A DNA stretch of 64,000 bases from Macrostomum hystrix. Taxonomy: Eukaryota; Animalia; Platyhelminthes. Position 1 is the first letter of the stretch; each line of letters starts with the position of its first letter. Of the stretch, positions 1-13,439 are shown piece by piece. The DNA lies in contig CATNEN010000038.1 of assembly GCA_950097015.1 (NCBI GenBank), positions 15,996,001 to 16,060,000 on the forward strand, written 5' to 3'. A model generated the notes under the pieces. The model was not told the DNA's origin and ran no database searches. It saw only the letters and a list, made by a program, of their open reading frames with translations. A program made the position numbers and the translations under genes.

Positions 1-160
1 CCCTGCCCATCCCAAACCCTCCCTGCCCATCCCAAACCCTCCCTGCGCATCCCAAACCCTCCCTGCGCATCCCAAACCCTCCCTGCCAATCCCAAACCCT
101 CCCTGCCAATCCCAAACCCTCCCTGCGCATCCCAAACCCTCCCTTCGCATCCCAAACCCG
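1..160. repeat. 20-bp tandem repeat (CCCTGCCCATCCCAAACCCT), about 8 copies, running off the window start
   Basis: Directly visible periodic unit. Confidence 0.95.
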
Positions 161-3133
161 GCAAACCCTCATTTATCTACCCTAAATTTGTATTTTCTTT
201 TCCAAGCTTTCTGGCTATATATAAGTTAAATAGCCTCTTCTTTCCTAATTCTTACTCTGTCTAAATGCAAGCTCACACTCACTGTCTTTGTGAGGTATTT
301 GAGCAGAAGCATTTATGCATAAAGCTGTCATTATATTTTCGGTCAGAACATCAAATTTAATTATTTCAAAATTCCAGGAATGGTTCCAAAAAAATTAGAT
401 TGTGGTTTAGAAAAAAATTTCTAAAATTGTTCATTCGATTTGCAGAATAATTAATATAGCCTCAACCCTGTCTCTCTGTCTGGCCCATACTTATGTATTT
501 ATCACTGTACATGTGTTAAGATTTAAAATTCTATTAAAAGAATTCACCAGTTATATTAAGCAATCCAGCCCAATAGAGAGAATATAATTTTGAAATATTT
601 AGAACAGAAGCCTCAAATTTATGTGTACTGTGCGGTGTTAAGTATATATTTCTAGGGCACAACAATATGAGTGCGCCATCATTTTTTAAGCCGCCAAGCA
701 AGTGTCACACAACCGACCTATAATTTGATGCCCTAGCTGTTTCCTAGTTCCTGAGTGCAACTATTTTTTTTTCTACTTGTTCTCTGCCGCAGCAGTGGAA
801 CGGATATGTCACACGTCACATATTATAACAAGCTTATCTGAGAAGTGAGCACCACTCGGCGTAAACATCCGTCTCACAATTTGTTTAAAATAGAAATCAT
901 AACCAATTGTAGATCGGCGGCGCTACCGCGTGAGTCATTCCTGTATCACATGATAACCACTTGATAAATGACCTTGAAGCTAAAAATAGCTTTAATGTTT
1001 ACGCGACATAATATAAATAAAAATTGGGCGCGGACAAATGACGAGTTAAATTGTCACTTTTTAGAACTCCGAACGAGATTGGACATTTCGTGTGTTGTGC
1101 TTTTGATAGGGCCTATTGCGATAATGCACTACACGATTTCGTTCTGCCTATATTTTGCTATATTCAAACTGATGCTATTGTATATATACACTCATTACTG
1201 CTGCTGCTGCTGCTGATGCTGCACTCAGGAATACTTTCTGTATGCGACGTTTCTCTATTATACTCGTAAATAATGAAAAAATCTTTGAAGAGTGAAAAAA
1301 TCATCGATACAGGAGGGCAAGGGCACTGCGTGTGAGTACTGACATTTTGAAAGCTCCCCTGCCTTCCACGAAGGAATCTAAAACGCTTTAATTTTCTATT
1401 TTAGGCTTTAGATCGTTTCACAATAGACCAGCTGGCAAATGAATTTTATAAACCACACTATGTTAAAAAGCCATGCAACTATATTTATAAGCATTTACCT
1501 TTTCAAAGTCAGCGAAATAAATTGCACAATGCAGACCTCATACGCTCGTGTTAATAATGTCGGAATTTTTTTAAAAAAAATCGTCAAAGTACCTCCCTAT
1601 ATGTAACCTTAGAGAGTAAACAGTTATTATTTAAGCTGTTAAGCTGTTTGTTGTCGCCCGATTGTCATGGAAACTCTAGACTTGATTTTAATTTTTTTTC
1701 TGCTTATTTGACCAATTTTGTTGCCGCGAACCGGAATTTTAGTTCTATGGACTTTTGGAGCTTTGGGATTTATTTACATTAGATGTCAGAGACTTGGATG
1801 TCAGAGACTTGGATGTCAGAGACTTTAGAATTTCAGAGACATTTGATTTTTCAGAGGTGTGGATTTTTAATTTTCGAGATTTAGGAGAATAAATATATAA
1901 AATAGGTAAAAAACGTTTCTGTCTAGAAAATATTATGAATACAATTGAATCAACTTTTCAGAATATTTTTTCATTTTTCGTTTTGTGACGGCTTGCTTTA
2001 TTAAGTTAAAAAGATATGAATAAATAAAATAAAATATTTCAGTATGTTAAAGATAGAGTGAAACTCGGTAGTAATTTCGAAAAAAATACAAGAATGTAAA
2101 TTATCGGATAGCTTGTGAGCAGTAAAAATCAATTTCACAATAAAACATTACTTCAAATATATAAGAAATATCACATTAAAACAAAACATGTCATCTAAAT
2201 CGTTTTTTTGTAAAACGAACTTCAATTAAAAAATCCGAGTTATATCACTTTCAGATGTAATACTCGTAGAAGAAAAAAAGGCATTGATTTCGTTATTCAG
2301 TTAGACTTGACTATTATAAAAGAACACTGCAGATTTATATTATTGAAGGGAGCCTAACTCAAGCAACTGTGAAATACTAATTAGTAGAGTTAAAAACTTA
2401 AATAACGAAGTCCACACAATATCACCGTGAGTGCAATAAAAAACTGTGCGAAAATGTCAAAATTTTGTAGAAAACATATTTCTGTATATAAATGTTGGAA
2501 CAAGGAGCATGTAAATTAGACAATCTAAAAGTAACAGTAAAAAGCATTACAACTTGTGGCTGATTAAGACAATCCGTGGAGATTTACAAAATCTATGTAC
2601 AAATTGATAAGTGAAACAAAAAAATCTCATTTTAGTATTAGCACTGTGGCTTATGGAAGACAGGAAAGTATAACAAAATACATGAGATTTAGCAAAAGCA
2701 CAGGGGTAAATATATGGTTTATATTGTTAAAGGGACAATAAAGTACGAGCTAGATAATATAATTTAATACAGACGATCCTGCGTTGCTTTTACATTAAAA
2801 GGAATATGCTCCGATAATTATAATGATAAAATACTTACAATAGCCGACCATTGTAGACTACTCATAGTAGAAGCAAAAAGAATTTAATTTGCATTTTAAG
2901 TTCTGTCATTTTTTGCTATTAAAAATATTTGCACAAATCTATGGTTCTGAGAATACAACAATTAAGATTCGATTTAGAATGGAAATTTCTTGTATACAGA
3001 ATTGTTCCTGTTGTTTAATGAATTTCCGTTGATAATTATAGGCACGCCTTGCACTCGTGTGTCCACTTAAGGCAGAAAGCGCAGATGAACTATTATTAAC
3101 ACTATGCGGCTGCGACGAGTTTATTAATTGATA

Positions 3134-3203
3134 TTAGCTAAATTGATTGTTGCGATTGTTCTTGATGCTTGGCAATTGACCTTTCGGCAGGAAGATCTTG
3201 TGT

Positions 3204-3238
<35 letters not shown>

Positions 3239-5288
3239 AGAGCTGTAGAACTGCTGCTGCTTGCTCAGCGACTGATTTGCAAAGCCGAGAGCAGCACCCG
3301 CATCACCGCCGCCGGCGCCGACGCCCAACAAGGCGGCATGTCTCACGACTGGCCCGGCAGCCAAGGCTGGCTGATTCTGTGTCACGATGGAGCCACCGCG
3401 CTGATGCGGTGGCTGCACCAGGCTGGGGAAGCTGAGCGTCAAGCTGCCGCCGCCGCCGCCGCCGCCCAGGCGCTGCTGGTTCTGGCCATAAAGCTGGCCC
3501 ATCCGGCGCCGACGCAGGCGCTGCTGCTGCAGCTCCTTGGCGTTAAATTTGTTGCCAACGAGAGCCGGCGCGGCAGGCGCCACACCGGGAGACTCAAGCA
3601 CGGGGGTGATTATCCCCTTAGCCACTTCTGGCCCCGCCGCTGCCGCAGGAGAGACGCTGCTGCTAGTTGCCATCGCAACCTTAGACTTTGCGGGCATGAC
3701 AGCTGGTAGAGGACTGGTGCCAGAAATTGTTGATGTTGTTGCTGTGGTTGCTGGCGCCGGTGCTGCTGCTGCTGCTGCAGCCGGCGTTGCTGTAGCAACG
3801 GTGCCAGTTCCGCCGTTGCCAACCGTGGTCCGCTTCTGCTTCTGGTCCTGCTGATGCTGCTGAATCGCCGCTGCCAGTTCGCCCTTCGGCCGGAAGTCGC
3901 GGAAATAAGGCAGCTTGAGAATTGTGCGCGCCGACGGCCGGGAGTCCGGGTCATACTCAAGCATCTTCTTGATCGCCTCCGCGCACTGCGGATTGGCGTT
4001 GGTAAGGAGACCGTCCAGTCCGCTACCACGCTTCACAGCGAAGTTGTACGACACGTGGCGCGACTTGCCTTTGAATTTGAGCATCACGTCCGACATTGGC
4101 GTGCCGAGTATGTCGTGTATCTTGGCTATCTGATCGACCTCATTTGATCCAGGAAATAGCGGGCGCAGTGACGTCACTTCGTAAATCACACAGCCGGCGC
4201 TCCAGATGTCCATGGCGGCACCATAGTAGCCGTCCGTTAGCAGACATTCCGGGGCCCGGTACCAGCGAGTGCTGATGTACTCGGTGAATGGAGGCTGCGA
4301 CTTCACCGATCGACAGGAGCCGAAATCGGCTAGTTTTAAGCGATCGTCACGAATCAACAAATTTTCCGGCTTTATGTCACTGAAACACGGTCGACAGAAA
4401 AAAATATTACGTCAAAAAATAACCTTATTTAATTGAGTGATTCTGTTCATTCATGAATCAGTTGAAAAAAGTGGATACGATGCCAGCGAGCAGGCAATTC
4501 TGCTCAGAACCCTTAACACACACGCGACACGGATTCGAGCTCAGATTGTTCCGCCTTTCAACCCCAGATTTCAATTCAGTTCAGATATAGCCAGACGTCC
4601 TGCGGGCATCGCAGCTATTGCGCGGCGCATCTGAAGGCTGCGTACGGCTGTTCAGTCTATGGACAGGGCGCCATACCCACTCTGAATTACCAAGGTAATG
4701 CTGCAGGCACCCATCAAACAGTTGGGTAAACTGAAGCAATGGATATTTTAGTGTCTTTCTAAAACACAGAAATCGGTAGAGTCGCGAATCGAACCCCCGA
4801 CCTTTAAGTCGATAATCCGACATTCTAATCACTAGGCTCCATGGTTACATTACATTTGTTACATTAAAAAGGACAGATTAGAAAGGCTAATCTCACCGGT
4901 GAAAGATTCCTAGCCTGTGCATGTGCTCAATCCCGCGCATCATTTGCCACATGAACGCCTGCACTTTGGCCTCCGGCAGGTAGTGCCGGCGACCTCGAAT
5001 GAATTCGTACAGGTTCATTTCCATCAGCTCCAGCACTAGCACCAGGCCTCCGGATCGTTTATCGTACACAATCTCCTCCAGTTGAACAATGAACGGGTGC
5101 GGACTCAGCCTGCGCATAGCTTGGATTTCTCTCAGAGCATTCACCTGCTCCCAGCTGCTGTACGTATGCTTCATCTTCTTGCAGGCGTAGTACTTCTGGT
5201 CTTTGTTGCGCTGGCATTTCAGCACCTCAGAGAAGGTACCCTCGCCCTTCTTGCCCAGCACTTTGAATTCCTTGAGAATAACATTCAT
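3134..5288 (-). CDS. MOK: MAPK/MAK/MRK overlapping kinase (MOK/RAGE), 2 exons: 5288-4897, 4379-3134
   Basis: GKKGEGTFSEV glycine loop, YACKKMK lysine; splicing CG|gt...ag|T rebuilds HRDIKPEN; DFGSC and activation loop PPFTEYISTRWYRAPE (TEY, typical of MOK); low-complexity Q/A-rich C-tail. Confidence 0.92.
4580..4840 (-). mobile_element. tRNA-derived SINE family A (CORE-like central domain) in the MOK intron
   Basis: Minus strand reads B-box-like GGTTCGATTCGC, then aagacac...tgcttcagtttacccaactgtttgatgggt, then a 3' domain shared with the copies at 13141 and 39733. Confidence 0.75.
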
Positions 5289-6341
5289 GGCTGGTTTGAA
5301 AATTCACTCTAGCTGGGTCTAGAGCTTCAGCTTGACTTGAACATCAGGCTGCTCCTATCGCTGAGTTGAGGTGCTGCAGCAACAGCGGCAACAGATTTAT
5401 TGTCAGATATCGTAGAACTTTATCATAGAACTTAGAAATCTTAAGTTAGAACTAAGAATCTTAGTACTAAAAACTAGTTTATAAAACTTATTTATAGATG
5501 TAAATACTATGAAACTACGAAAAAACGAAGAATGGAAAATATCAGCTAAAATATCGTAGTCTTGCTTAAAATAGTTCGCTAAAAGAAAGCATTTAAAAAT
5601 CTGATTTATTAAAATACAGTATTATCAGTAGCAATTTTTATGTATAAAAAAGAAATCATTATCGAGTTGTTAGTTAAAGCTACTGGAAAGATAAATAACT
5701 CTATTGACTACTATGGAAATTTATTTTAGCATACTCCACAGAACATTACATTGCTACACAAACGTCCATGGCACAAAAACTATACTTTTCGGTATATGCA
5801 GCTATAACTAAAAATAGCTATGCTCATATAAGCATTTCAAAGCTAAAATTTGCTAGATGCAATCAATTCAAGCTAGTTGTCAACTCTTTTCTTGGTTTTT
5901 TTTGAACCACGTGAAAAAAAGTTATAAAACTGAAACACAAATATTTTTGTAGTCTTCAGTAACCGACAAAAAGAAGCTTACGTTTCAACTAAAACCTACA
6001 ATTTTTTACATTCTTACATACATAATTTTTAGTAAAAGAGTAAAAATGGTTTCATAAAAACAACTAATGTGAAAGATTTGTTAAGGTTAAATGCTATTTT
6101 TTAATTTAACTTTTCTAAGATTTCTATTAGACCAGCTGATGTTGACGTGACGTGTCACGCGTTTATCGGTAGAAGGCCCTAGCTTCGTTTTTTCTTTGTC
6201 AGCCAGAAAGGTTTTCTATTTTAATAAGACGAGGTTAATTTTGTTATAAATTTAGAACACAAATATTGAGAGCTCTTACCTATTGCTTATTAAGTTATTA
6301 CGATATTGTATAATATTATAATATAATAAAATAATAGTAAA

Positions 6342-9300
6342 ATGGCAGCCAGTGAAGAAAGTAATTCAGATTTTAGCTTCTTTAGTGGATCTGTGAATGA
6401 TGCTATTAAAAAAATAAAGGATGACAATACGTGCCTCCTTGTTTATGTTTTTGGTAAGTAAATATGATCTCTGTTTTCCTGATATGAAAACTATAGTTTA
6501 ACCTGTTATATGACTATCAGTGCTTTTATAATAAATATATGCTATTATAAGCTTTTGCTTCTATTTAATGACATTAAGGTGGTTTTTACATATTTTTGGG
6601 TCAAAACTATTAAGAAAGTCTTATTTAAGGATTGTAGACTCAGCATTTTTTAGAACAAATTTAGAGAAAGATAAAGTGGTGAGACAATTAGGTCTAGCTC
6701 TGGCGTAGCTCAACAGAATTTACAGGTACAGTTTGGAAATTTAGAAATCTACCATAGATATAAAGCTTACTTAGATTCTAGAAAATTCTAGAAGGAAAAC
6801 TAGGATTGACTTACTATTAATAGATGCAGCTATTTTTAAGATAAACGATTACATATTGAACAAAAACTTCTTTTGTAGATAGATAGCTGTTTAACTACTA
6901 GCTATCTTGTCTACTCTACTTGTCTGCTACTGGTAGTAGGGCCCATATGTTATTCTAGCTAGTTGTATAATTATTGTAGTTCACTTTGATTTGATAATAA
7001 TTTAACTCTAAAAATATTTTATTAAAATCATTGTTGAATGATATGTGAAAACTGCTACATAAAATTTAATGCTTTTGTTTTAACTATTATATATATATAT
7101 ATTTCTACTTTCTATATGATACTGATATTCTTGAATGAAACATTATAAATATATTTTCTTAGTAGCTTTGCCTACCATTATGTTTAATATAAGGCAAAGT
7201 GTTGCATGTAAGTGCTTGTTAATATCACACACTCAATATTATTAAGTAGCAGTTCATATAAAGAAGACCCCAACCATCACCAAGCTGCTGAACAAACATT
7301 GCTGCATTGGTGGCAATCCTACTGCCTGCACACCCCCTATCTGGCACACCTCCAAGATTGTTTCCATTCCAAAAGGGGGCATCCACCAGCCTTGACAACC
7401 AGTGCGGCATCACACTGGAGTCTACCACCACAAAGCTGCTGAATGCAGTGCTGCACAACCACCTCCTGCCTGGCCTGAACCCAATGCGCCTGAGTCTATA
7501 GAGCAGCTTCTGACCAGGCAGGTCCACCACAGAGCAGGTTTCAACCATCCACTCAATAATTGTGGCCTGCAAGACCCGCCAACATATCCATGTCCATTGT
7601 CTCTGTGGATTTCCGCAAGGCATTCGACTCTGTGTCCAGGCCTGCAATCGCGTGGCTTCTGTCCTAACTATGGCGTTCCACTGCATTGGTAGCTGCAGTG
7701 ATGAACCTGTACCGCGAGTCCAAGGTGTTTGTTCAGACGAGTGACGGCCCAACTGAGGAGTTCAGCACAAGCTCTGGTGTCCTGCAAGGTGACACACTGG
7801 CTCCTCTTCTCATCATCATGGTTGTGGACTACATGCGTCGTCGCTAACTTCAAGAGGATGACAGCTACGTGCTGTTCCCGCGCTGAAGCTCCCGACACCC
7901 TGCAGTCCCGCTGCCTGCTCTCGCGTATGTTGATGACATCGCGCTCCTCTGCCGTGATCCAGCTGCTGCCCAACGCGCTCTCTCTGGCTCTCCTCAGAGG
8001 GCGCCCAGGGTGGACTGGTGATCAACGCACGCAAGACAGAGGTGCTGCACGTGGGCACTGTTACCGCTCCGGCACTTGCCCTGCCCAACAGAGATGACAT
8101 GACTGTGTGCGAGGACTTCCGCTACCTCGGGTTGCTGTCAATAAGCCCGGACATCGTCTCCGACATCAGGAATCAGGCCTGGCGGGCGGCGCACCTACTC
8201 GAGAGAACGTCTTCAATTCTGCTGCGAGGGGCGTCCTGAAGGTTTGTCCTCTTCCATGCAGCCGTGGAACCTATCCCCCTGTACAGCTTGGAAGCGGTGC
8301 CAATGACCGACACGCGAGAGCGGGCCCTGGATGCGCTGTACAGGTCCCTGCTGCGCTACGCCCTGGGCTTGCACTACCCGGAGATTCTACCGTCCTGAGA
8401 CCTGATGGCCCGCGCTGGCGTTCCGGACCTGAGCGTCACCCTGCGCCTGCACCGCCAGATGCTGCTGGGCCACTGCCTGCGAAGCCACGGCCGCGCGCCC
8501 AAATTCCGCTTGCGCTCACCGTCCTGCACCAGCCGACGGAGCGGAAGCGCCGTGGCCAAGCCCCCAGTCCACAGCTGCCTGCCCCTCCCGTCTTTTCTCC
8601 CGAGCGCGTGCGCGCAAGGGCTCCTTAGCCTTCCGCGTCCCTCTATCTAACTTCACTGTAATACTTCCCTGTAATACTGCCCTACTTGTAAACATTCTAG
8701 AATTGCGAAGAGTCACTTTATATAAAGCCTATAGTGTTTTTAAGAAGTAGATTTCTCTTTGAAATTAATTCTTAATTATCTTGAAATTTTGAAAATTTAA
8801 AGATTCTTTTTGTGCACGGACATATTAGGGGTATATTGGTTTGAGCCACAAGTAAAGATAAATAACTAGTACATAATTATTATTTATATAAGCACATTAG
8901 GAAATAGAAAATGTGTTAATTATCTGCTTTGGGGTTGCAAAATGTTGTAACTATATACTCGTAAATGATTGACTTTTAAAGTAGCTGTACATTTTATAGT
9001 AGCTGTTCATTTTATATAATACTTGTATTTTGTTGCTATCAGGACAATGTTAGCAAATTAAAAAAAGTTCACATCCTGTTTTAATTGATTTTGTTAAGGT
9101 TTTAAATCATTACAGGCGAGGATGACACCTCAAAGAAATATGATGCCTACTTCTCGTCTGGCGGAAAGCTAGCCAATTTTGCTAGCAAATTTGTTTGTAA
9201 GCCAAGATAATGTGTCTTTCAAATTAAATTTGTAATAAAACAGAAATAGAAGCTTACATTTTATGCTGATATATAATTTCCAGGCATGCGACTGGCTGCC

Positions 9301-12224
9301 CAATCGGACACTGCCCTGCAATTCTCAGCCTTCTATCCTGTAGTTAGCCTACCAACCATCTATCTAATTAACGCCAATGGTATTTCATTGGAAGCTCTCA
9401 TTGGTGATCGCTCTGAGGATGATCTAGTTGCTAGGCTGTCTGTTGCCGCTGAGACTGCCGGAGCTAACGTGGCCCTTGTCGGGCCTAGCATTCCCGCCGC
9501 CTCCGCAGCCGCCCCAGACTGGGACAGTCGGGTTGCTCGAATTGAAGAGAAAATCGACGCCAAACAGGCCGAGAAGGCGCGAGAGGCCGCTGAAAAAGAG
9601 CGCCAAGCTGAGCTAGATCGCCGGAATGTTGGCCGAAGCTTGCACCAGCTGAGGCAGCAGCAGCAAGCTGAACAGGAGCGGGCCTGGGCCGAGGAGGTCC
9701 GGCAGGTGGGTTGCAGTGCGTGTCCTGTCTCCTAGCTGTCCGTCACACCTTTGTCTTGCGTTGCATGTGTGGCACAATTTCATCTTGCCTGCCTGTCAAC
9801 TTAATCTTATCTCTGTCGCACCTTTATCTTATCTCTCTGTCACACCTTTATCTTATCTGTCACACCTTTATCTTACCTGCGAGGCACCTTAATCGTATCT
9901 ACATCTCACACCAATATCTTACCTGCGTGGCACACCTTTATCTTACCTACCTCTCATCCTAATCTTATCTACATTCACAGCTTTATCTTATCTCTATGTC
10001 ACTACTTTATCTTACCTGCATGTGTTGTAGAATGTTGCTACCAATGTTGTAGTTGCCGCTACCGTCGGCGGTTCGCAGGCGTGGTAGCCGGGGTTCGGGT
10101 ACAGACTTGCTGCCCAAAGCTTGCCGGGGATGAGGTTCTGTTTGTCATACTTTCGTACTATCTGGCTGTCACACCTTTAAAATATTAATCTTACTTTGTG
10201 TCTTGTTCACAAACACAATTAAAAACATTTCAACTTCACATAGGAGCGCATGGCTCGCTACAAGGAGCAGCAGAAGGCCAAGCAGCAGCAGCAGCAGCCG
10301 GTTCCACCAGCTCCACCCGAGCAGGAACAGCAGCAGCAGCAGGAGGAGCCGCAGGACGTCAGCCTGCGCGAATTTCGCGAATCGCAGAGCTCGGCCTATA
10401 AGGAGCAGCGCCGAGCCGCCGAGGCCGCCAAACAGGCAGCCGAAGCCGCCGCCGCGGAGGCCGAACGCGAAGCCGCGGCCGCGGCTGAGTCCGATCGTCG
10501 CAAAACTGCCCGCCTTCAGCTGCGCTGTCCGGACGGCGGCGTGCTAGTCCGTGAGCTGCCCTCCGCGGCCACCCTGGCCGATCTCTTCGCCTCGGTGTCG
10601 GACGCTTCCGAACTGGTCCGCAGCGGCCTGCAAGGCGGCCGGTTCCGATTGGCTACGGTCTATCCTAGGCGAGTTTTCGACCTGCAGGCTGAAGCCGAAT
10701 CGAGCTTAGCCCAGCTAGATTTGGCTCCGTCAGCTAGCCTGCTGGTCCTGCCCCCGGTGGAAGCTCGGGCTGGCGACGTCGCCGGCGGACGATCGGTTGC
10801 GTCGGCTCTGGCCACTCCGCTGATTCTGATTGGTCGCCTACTGGCCCTGCTGATTGGCTTTCTGAGCGCCTTGTTTGGCTTCGGCGGCCGAGGCGGCGAA
10901 GGTGCCAGTTCGCAGAGTCCACAGCCGCAGGCAAGGACCACCGAAGCCCGCAGGCCGGTGAGTTTTTGTTTCCTGAAATACAAAAGCATCGACTCAACCC
11001 CACCTGGACTGACTCAAACTCATCGTATTCGACTTAAAAAGTTTAGGAATTGACTCAAAATCTATGGTCCAATATTCTCAAACACATTACAAATAGATTC
11101 AAAATCTATAGGAATCGACTCAAACTCATTACAAATTGATTCAAACTCTTTTCAAATCGACTCAAACTCTTTGGAAATCGATTCGAATTCCCTATCGATC
11201 GACTCAAACTATTTAAATATATATTTAAACTCTAAAGGAATGTACTCAAACTCTTATTGAATCGACCTAATATCTTTAGGAAATGACTCAAGCTCTATTG
11301 AAATCGACTCAAACTTTGTAGTGATCGACTCAATCTATCAGAATTGACTGAAATTATATTAGAATATATTCCTAACTCTTTAGGAAACTGCTCAAACTCT
11401 TTAGGAATCTGCTCAAACTCTTTAGGAATTTGCTCAAACTCTAGGAATCTGCTCAAACTCTTTAGGAATCTGCTCAAACTCTTTAGGAATCTGCTCAAAC
11501 TCTTTAGGAATCTGCTCAAACTCTTTAGGAATCTGCTCAAACTCTTTAGGAATTTGCTCAAACTCTAGGAATCTGCTCAAACTCTTTAGGAATTTGCTCA
11601 AACTCTTTAGGAATCGACTCAAACTCTAGGAATCTGCTCAAACTCTTTAGGAATCGACTCAAACTCTTTAGGAATTTGCTCAAACTCTTTAGGAATCTGC
11701 TCAAACTCTTTAGGAATTTGCTCAAACTCTAGGAATCTGCTCAAGCTCTTTAGGAATTTGCTCAAACTCTTTAGGAATCGACTCAAACTTCTGGAGAATC
11801 AACTCGAAAACTATAGAAATGGACTCAAATTCTACGGGAATCGACTCAAAATTTCGTATAATTGATTTCGTTGAGAGCATATCTAAAACTATTTGAGTAT
11901 CGACTCAGATCATTTCTGTCCAATAATATCGAATTAAATACCTGACAGTTAACTTGTATTCTAAGTAGCTCACGAAAGTCATTCTAATTATCTACTAGAA
12001 TCCTTGAAAATATGCAGAATTCTAATATAATCTACTGCAATACAATTACTATCTGCATTGTTCAGGTGAGAGGCGGTGGCGGTGGCGGCGCCACAGTGGA
12101 ACGCGAGGGCAACACTGCTCGCCTGCGCAATTTGCCGCGTCCCAGCGGTCGAAACAACGACGCCAATAAAGACGACGACGACGATGGAGCGACGTGGAAC
12201 GGAAATTCCACCCAACAGATGTGA
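6342..12224 (+). CDS. UBXN4: UBX domain-containing protein 4 (erasin), 5 exons: 6342-6453, 9116-9196, 9284-9705, 10244-10957, 12066-12224
   Basis: N-terminal FSGSVNDAI...LVYVFGEDD thioredoxin-like region, FSAFYPVVSLPTIYLINANG, coiled coil, UBX domain (ARLQLRCPDG...YPRR...LDLAPSASLLVLP), hydrophobic hairpin, diagnostic C-terminus TWNGNSTQQM; all junctions GT-AG and in frame. Confidence 0.9.
7260..8640 (+). mobile_element. Degenerate non-LTR retrotransposon (RTE-like) reverse transcriptase fragment in UBXN4 intron 1
   Basis: Broken frames carry RT motifs F*PGRSTTEQ, VDFRKAFDSV, GVLQGDTLAP, YVDDIALL, INARKTEVL, EDFRYLG; multiple frameshifts and stops. Confidence 0.88.
9790..10020. repeat. Degenerate ~20-bp tandem repeat (CACACCTTTATCTTATCT core) in UBXN4 intron 3
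   Basis: Recurrent cacctttatctta motif. Confidence 0.7.
11030..11860. repeat. 21-bp minisatellite (AAACTCTTTAGGAATCTGCTC) with degenerate flanks, UBXN4 intron 4
   Basis: Homogeneous core at about 11375-11790; explains the repetitive spurious ORFs. Confidence 0.95.
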
Positions 12225-13140
12225 TCAGATCTTGTTTTCTGTGAAAAAAAACATCAGATATATATATCTGATTATGTTTCCTGAACTGATTCCGCTTGTT
12301 TCTGCCTATTTTTAGTCTGACAATTTTCGCCTTTTAATCACACTACTATGAGTAGTTAGTTTGATAACTTCTCGTGTGAAAATCAAATCTTATTCCGGAT
12401 CATCCATATTGGTTTCTGGGCTTCTAGAATCGGCTCAATCGGGATTTATATTATTTTATTTCGGATTTTAAAACTGTTGTTAAGCTAGAACTTGAGCGCA
12501 AATGCCTTAACTTTATTTAACAATGTCGCCATCCACTGTTTCACATTCTCCCCTTTATTCTAAGCACCTAATTTCTGTGTGTACATCTGCATTATGCTTT
12601 GGTGAAGATACAGATAAGAATGGTACTGTTGCAGCTTTTGCACGGCGCGTCCAAATGCTGTGTACAGCAGTTCAGTCCATGGACTGGGGAGGCCGCCACA
12701 TACAGCCCAAGTTCTACCCCAGCTAGTGCAGGCAACTTTTGTGTGTGCTGTTTGCAGATCTGTAACAATTCTTTCTCTTAAAATGGCATTCTGAATTGAG
12801 AATAAAACTCTTATATGCTGTTTTATCGTTGCTAAGCTCTATTTACGATTTGCGATTACTGCTTTCGTGGCAGCATAATCTTAATTCTTTCAACTAGTCC
12901 AACACGTTGAATCGTTCACCGAATACCTACTAGAGAATGCTTAGTATAAGCCTTACTTGGCTTAGTCTAGACATTTGGGATAAAAAGCATTTATAAAATA
13001 TTGTTGATTCAACGACTTTGTCCAAAAATTAGTGCAAATTGCATTTCATATTTAAATTTTCAGGAATACTAGCCGTTTCCATTCGCCCCATTGAAAAGTC
13101 TTCCTTTCTTGGGTTAGCTTATTTACTTTTATTAGTAAGT

Positions 13141-13435
13141 TAGGGCGTCGGACTCACGAATTGAAGGTCGGGGGTTCGATTCCCGACTCCACTGGAACAA
13201 TTTGCGTCCTTTAGCAAGACACATAACTCTGCATTGCTTCAGTTCACCCAGCTGTTAAATGGGTACCAGCGTCAGCTGGGATAATTGAAGGTGGGTGTGG
13301 CGTCCCCCCAGTCCGTGGACTGAACAGCTGTACGCAGCCTTCAGATGCGCCGCGCATTTGCTGCGGCTGTGCTGTCGGCTGCACATCTGACCCAATTGGG
13401 GCAGGTGTAATCAATTATTATTAAATTATTATTAT
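13141..13435 (+). mobile_element. tRNA-derived SINE family A (CORE-like), most complete copy, (ATT)n tail
   Basis: B box GGTTCGATTCC, central gtcctttagcaagacac...ttcagttcacccagctgttaaatgggtacc resembling the MIR/CORE domain, structured 3' part, ATT-rich tail. Confidence 0.8.
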
Positions 13436-13439
13436 AGTA

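Noticed and set aside
1-160. Telomeric repeat
   Set aside because: The unit is a 20-mer containing AAACCCT, not (TTAGGG)n
13280-13395. Hammerhead or twister ribozyme in SINE A, as in schistosome retrozymes
   Set aside because: No CUGANGA/GAAA core or twister consensus found by eye on either strand
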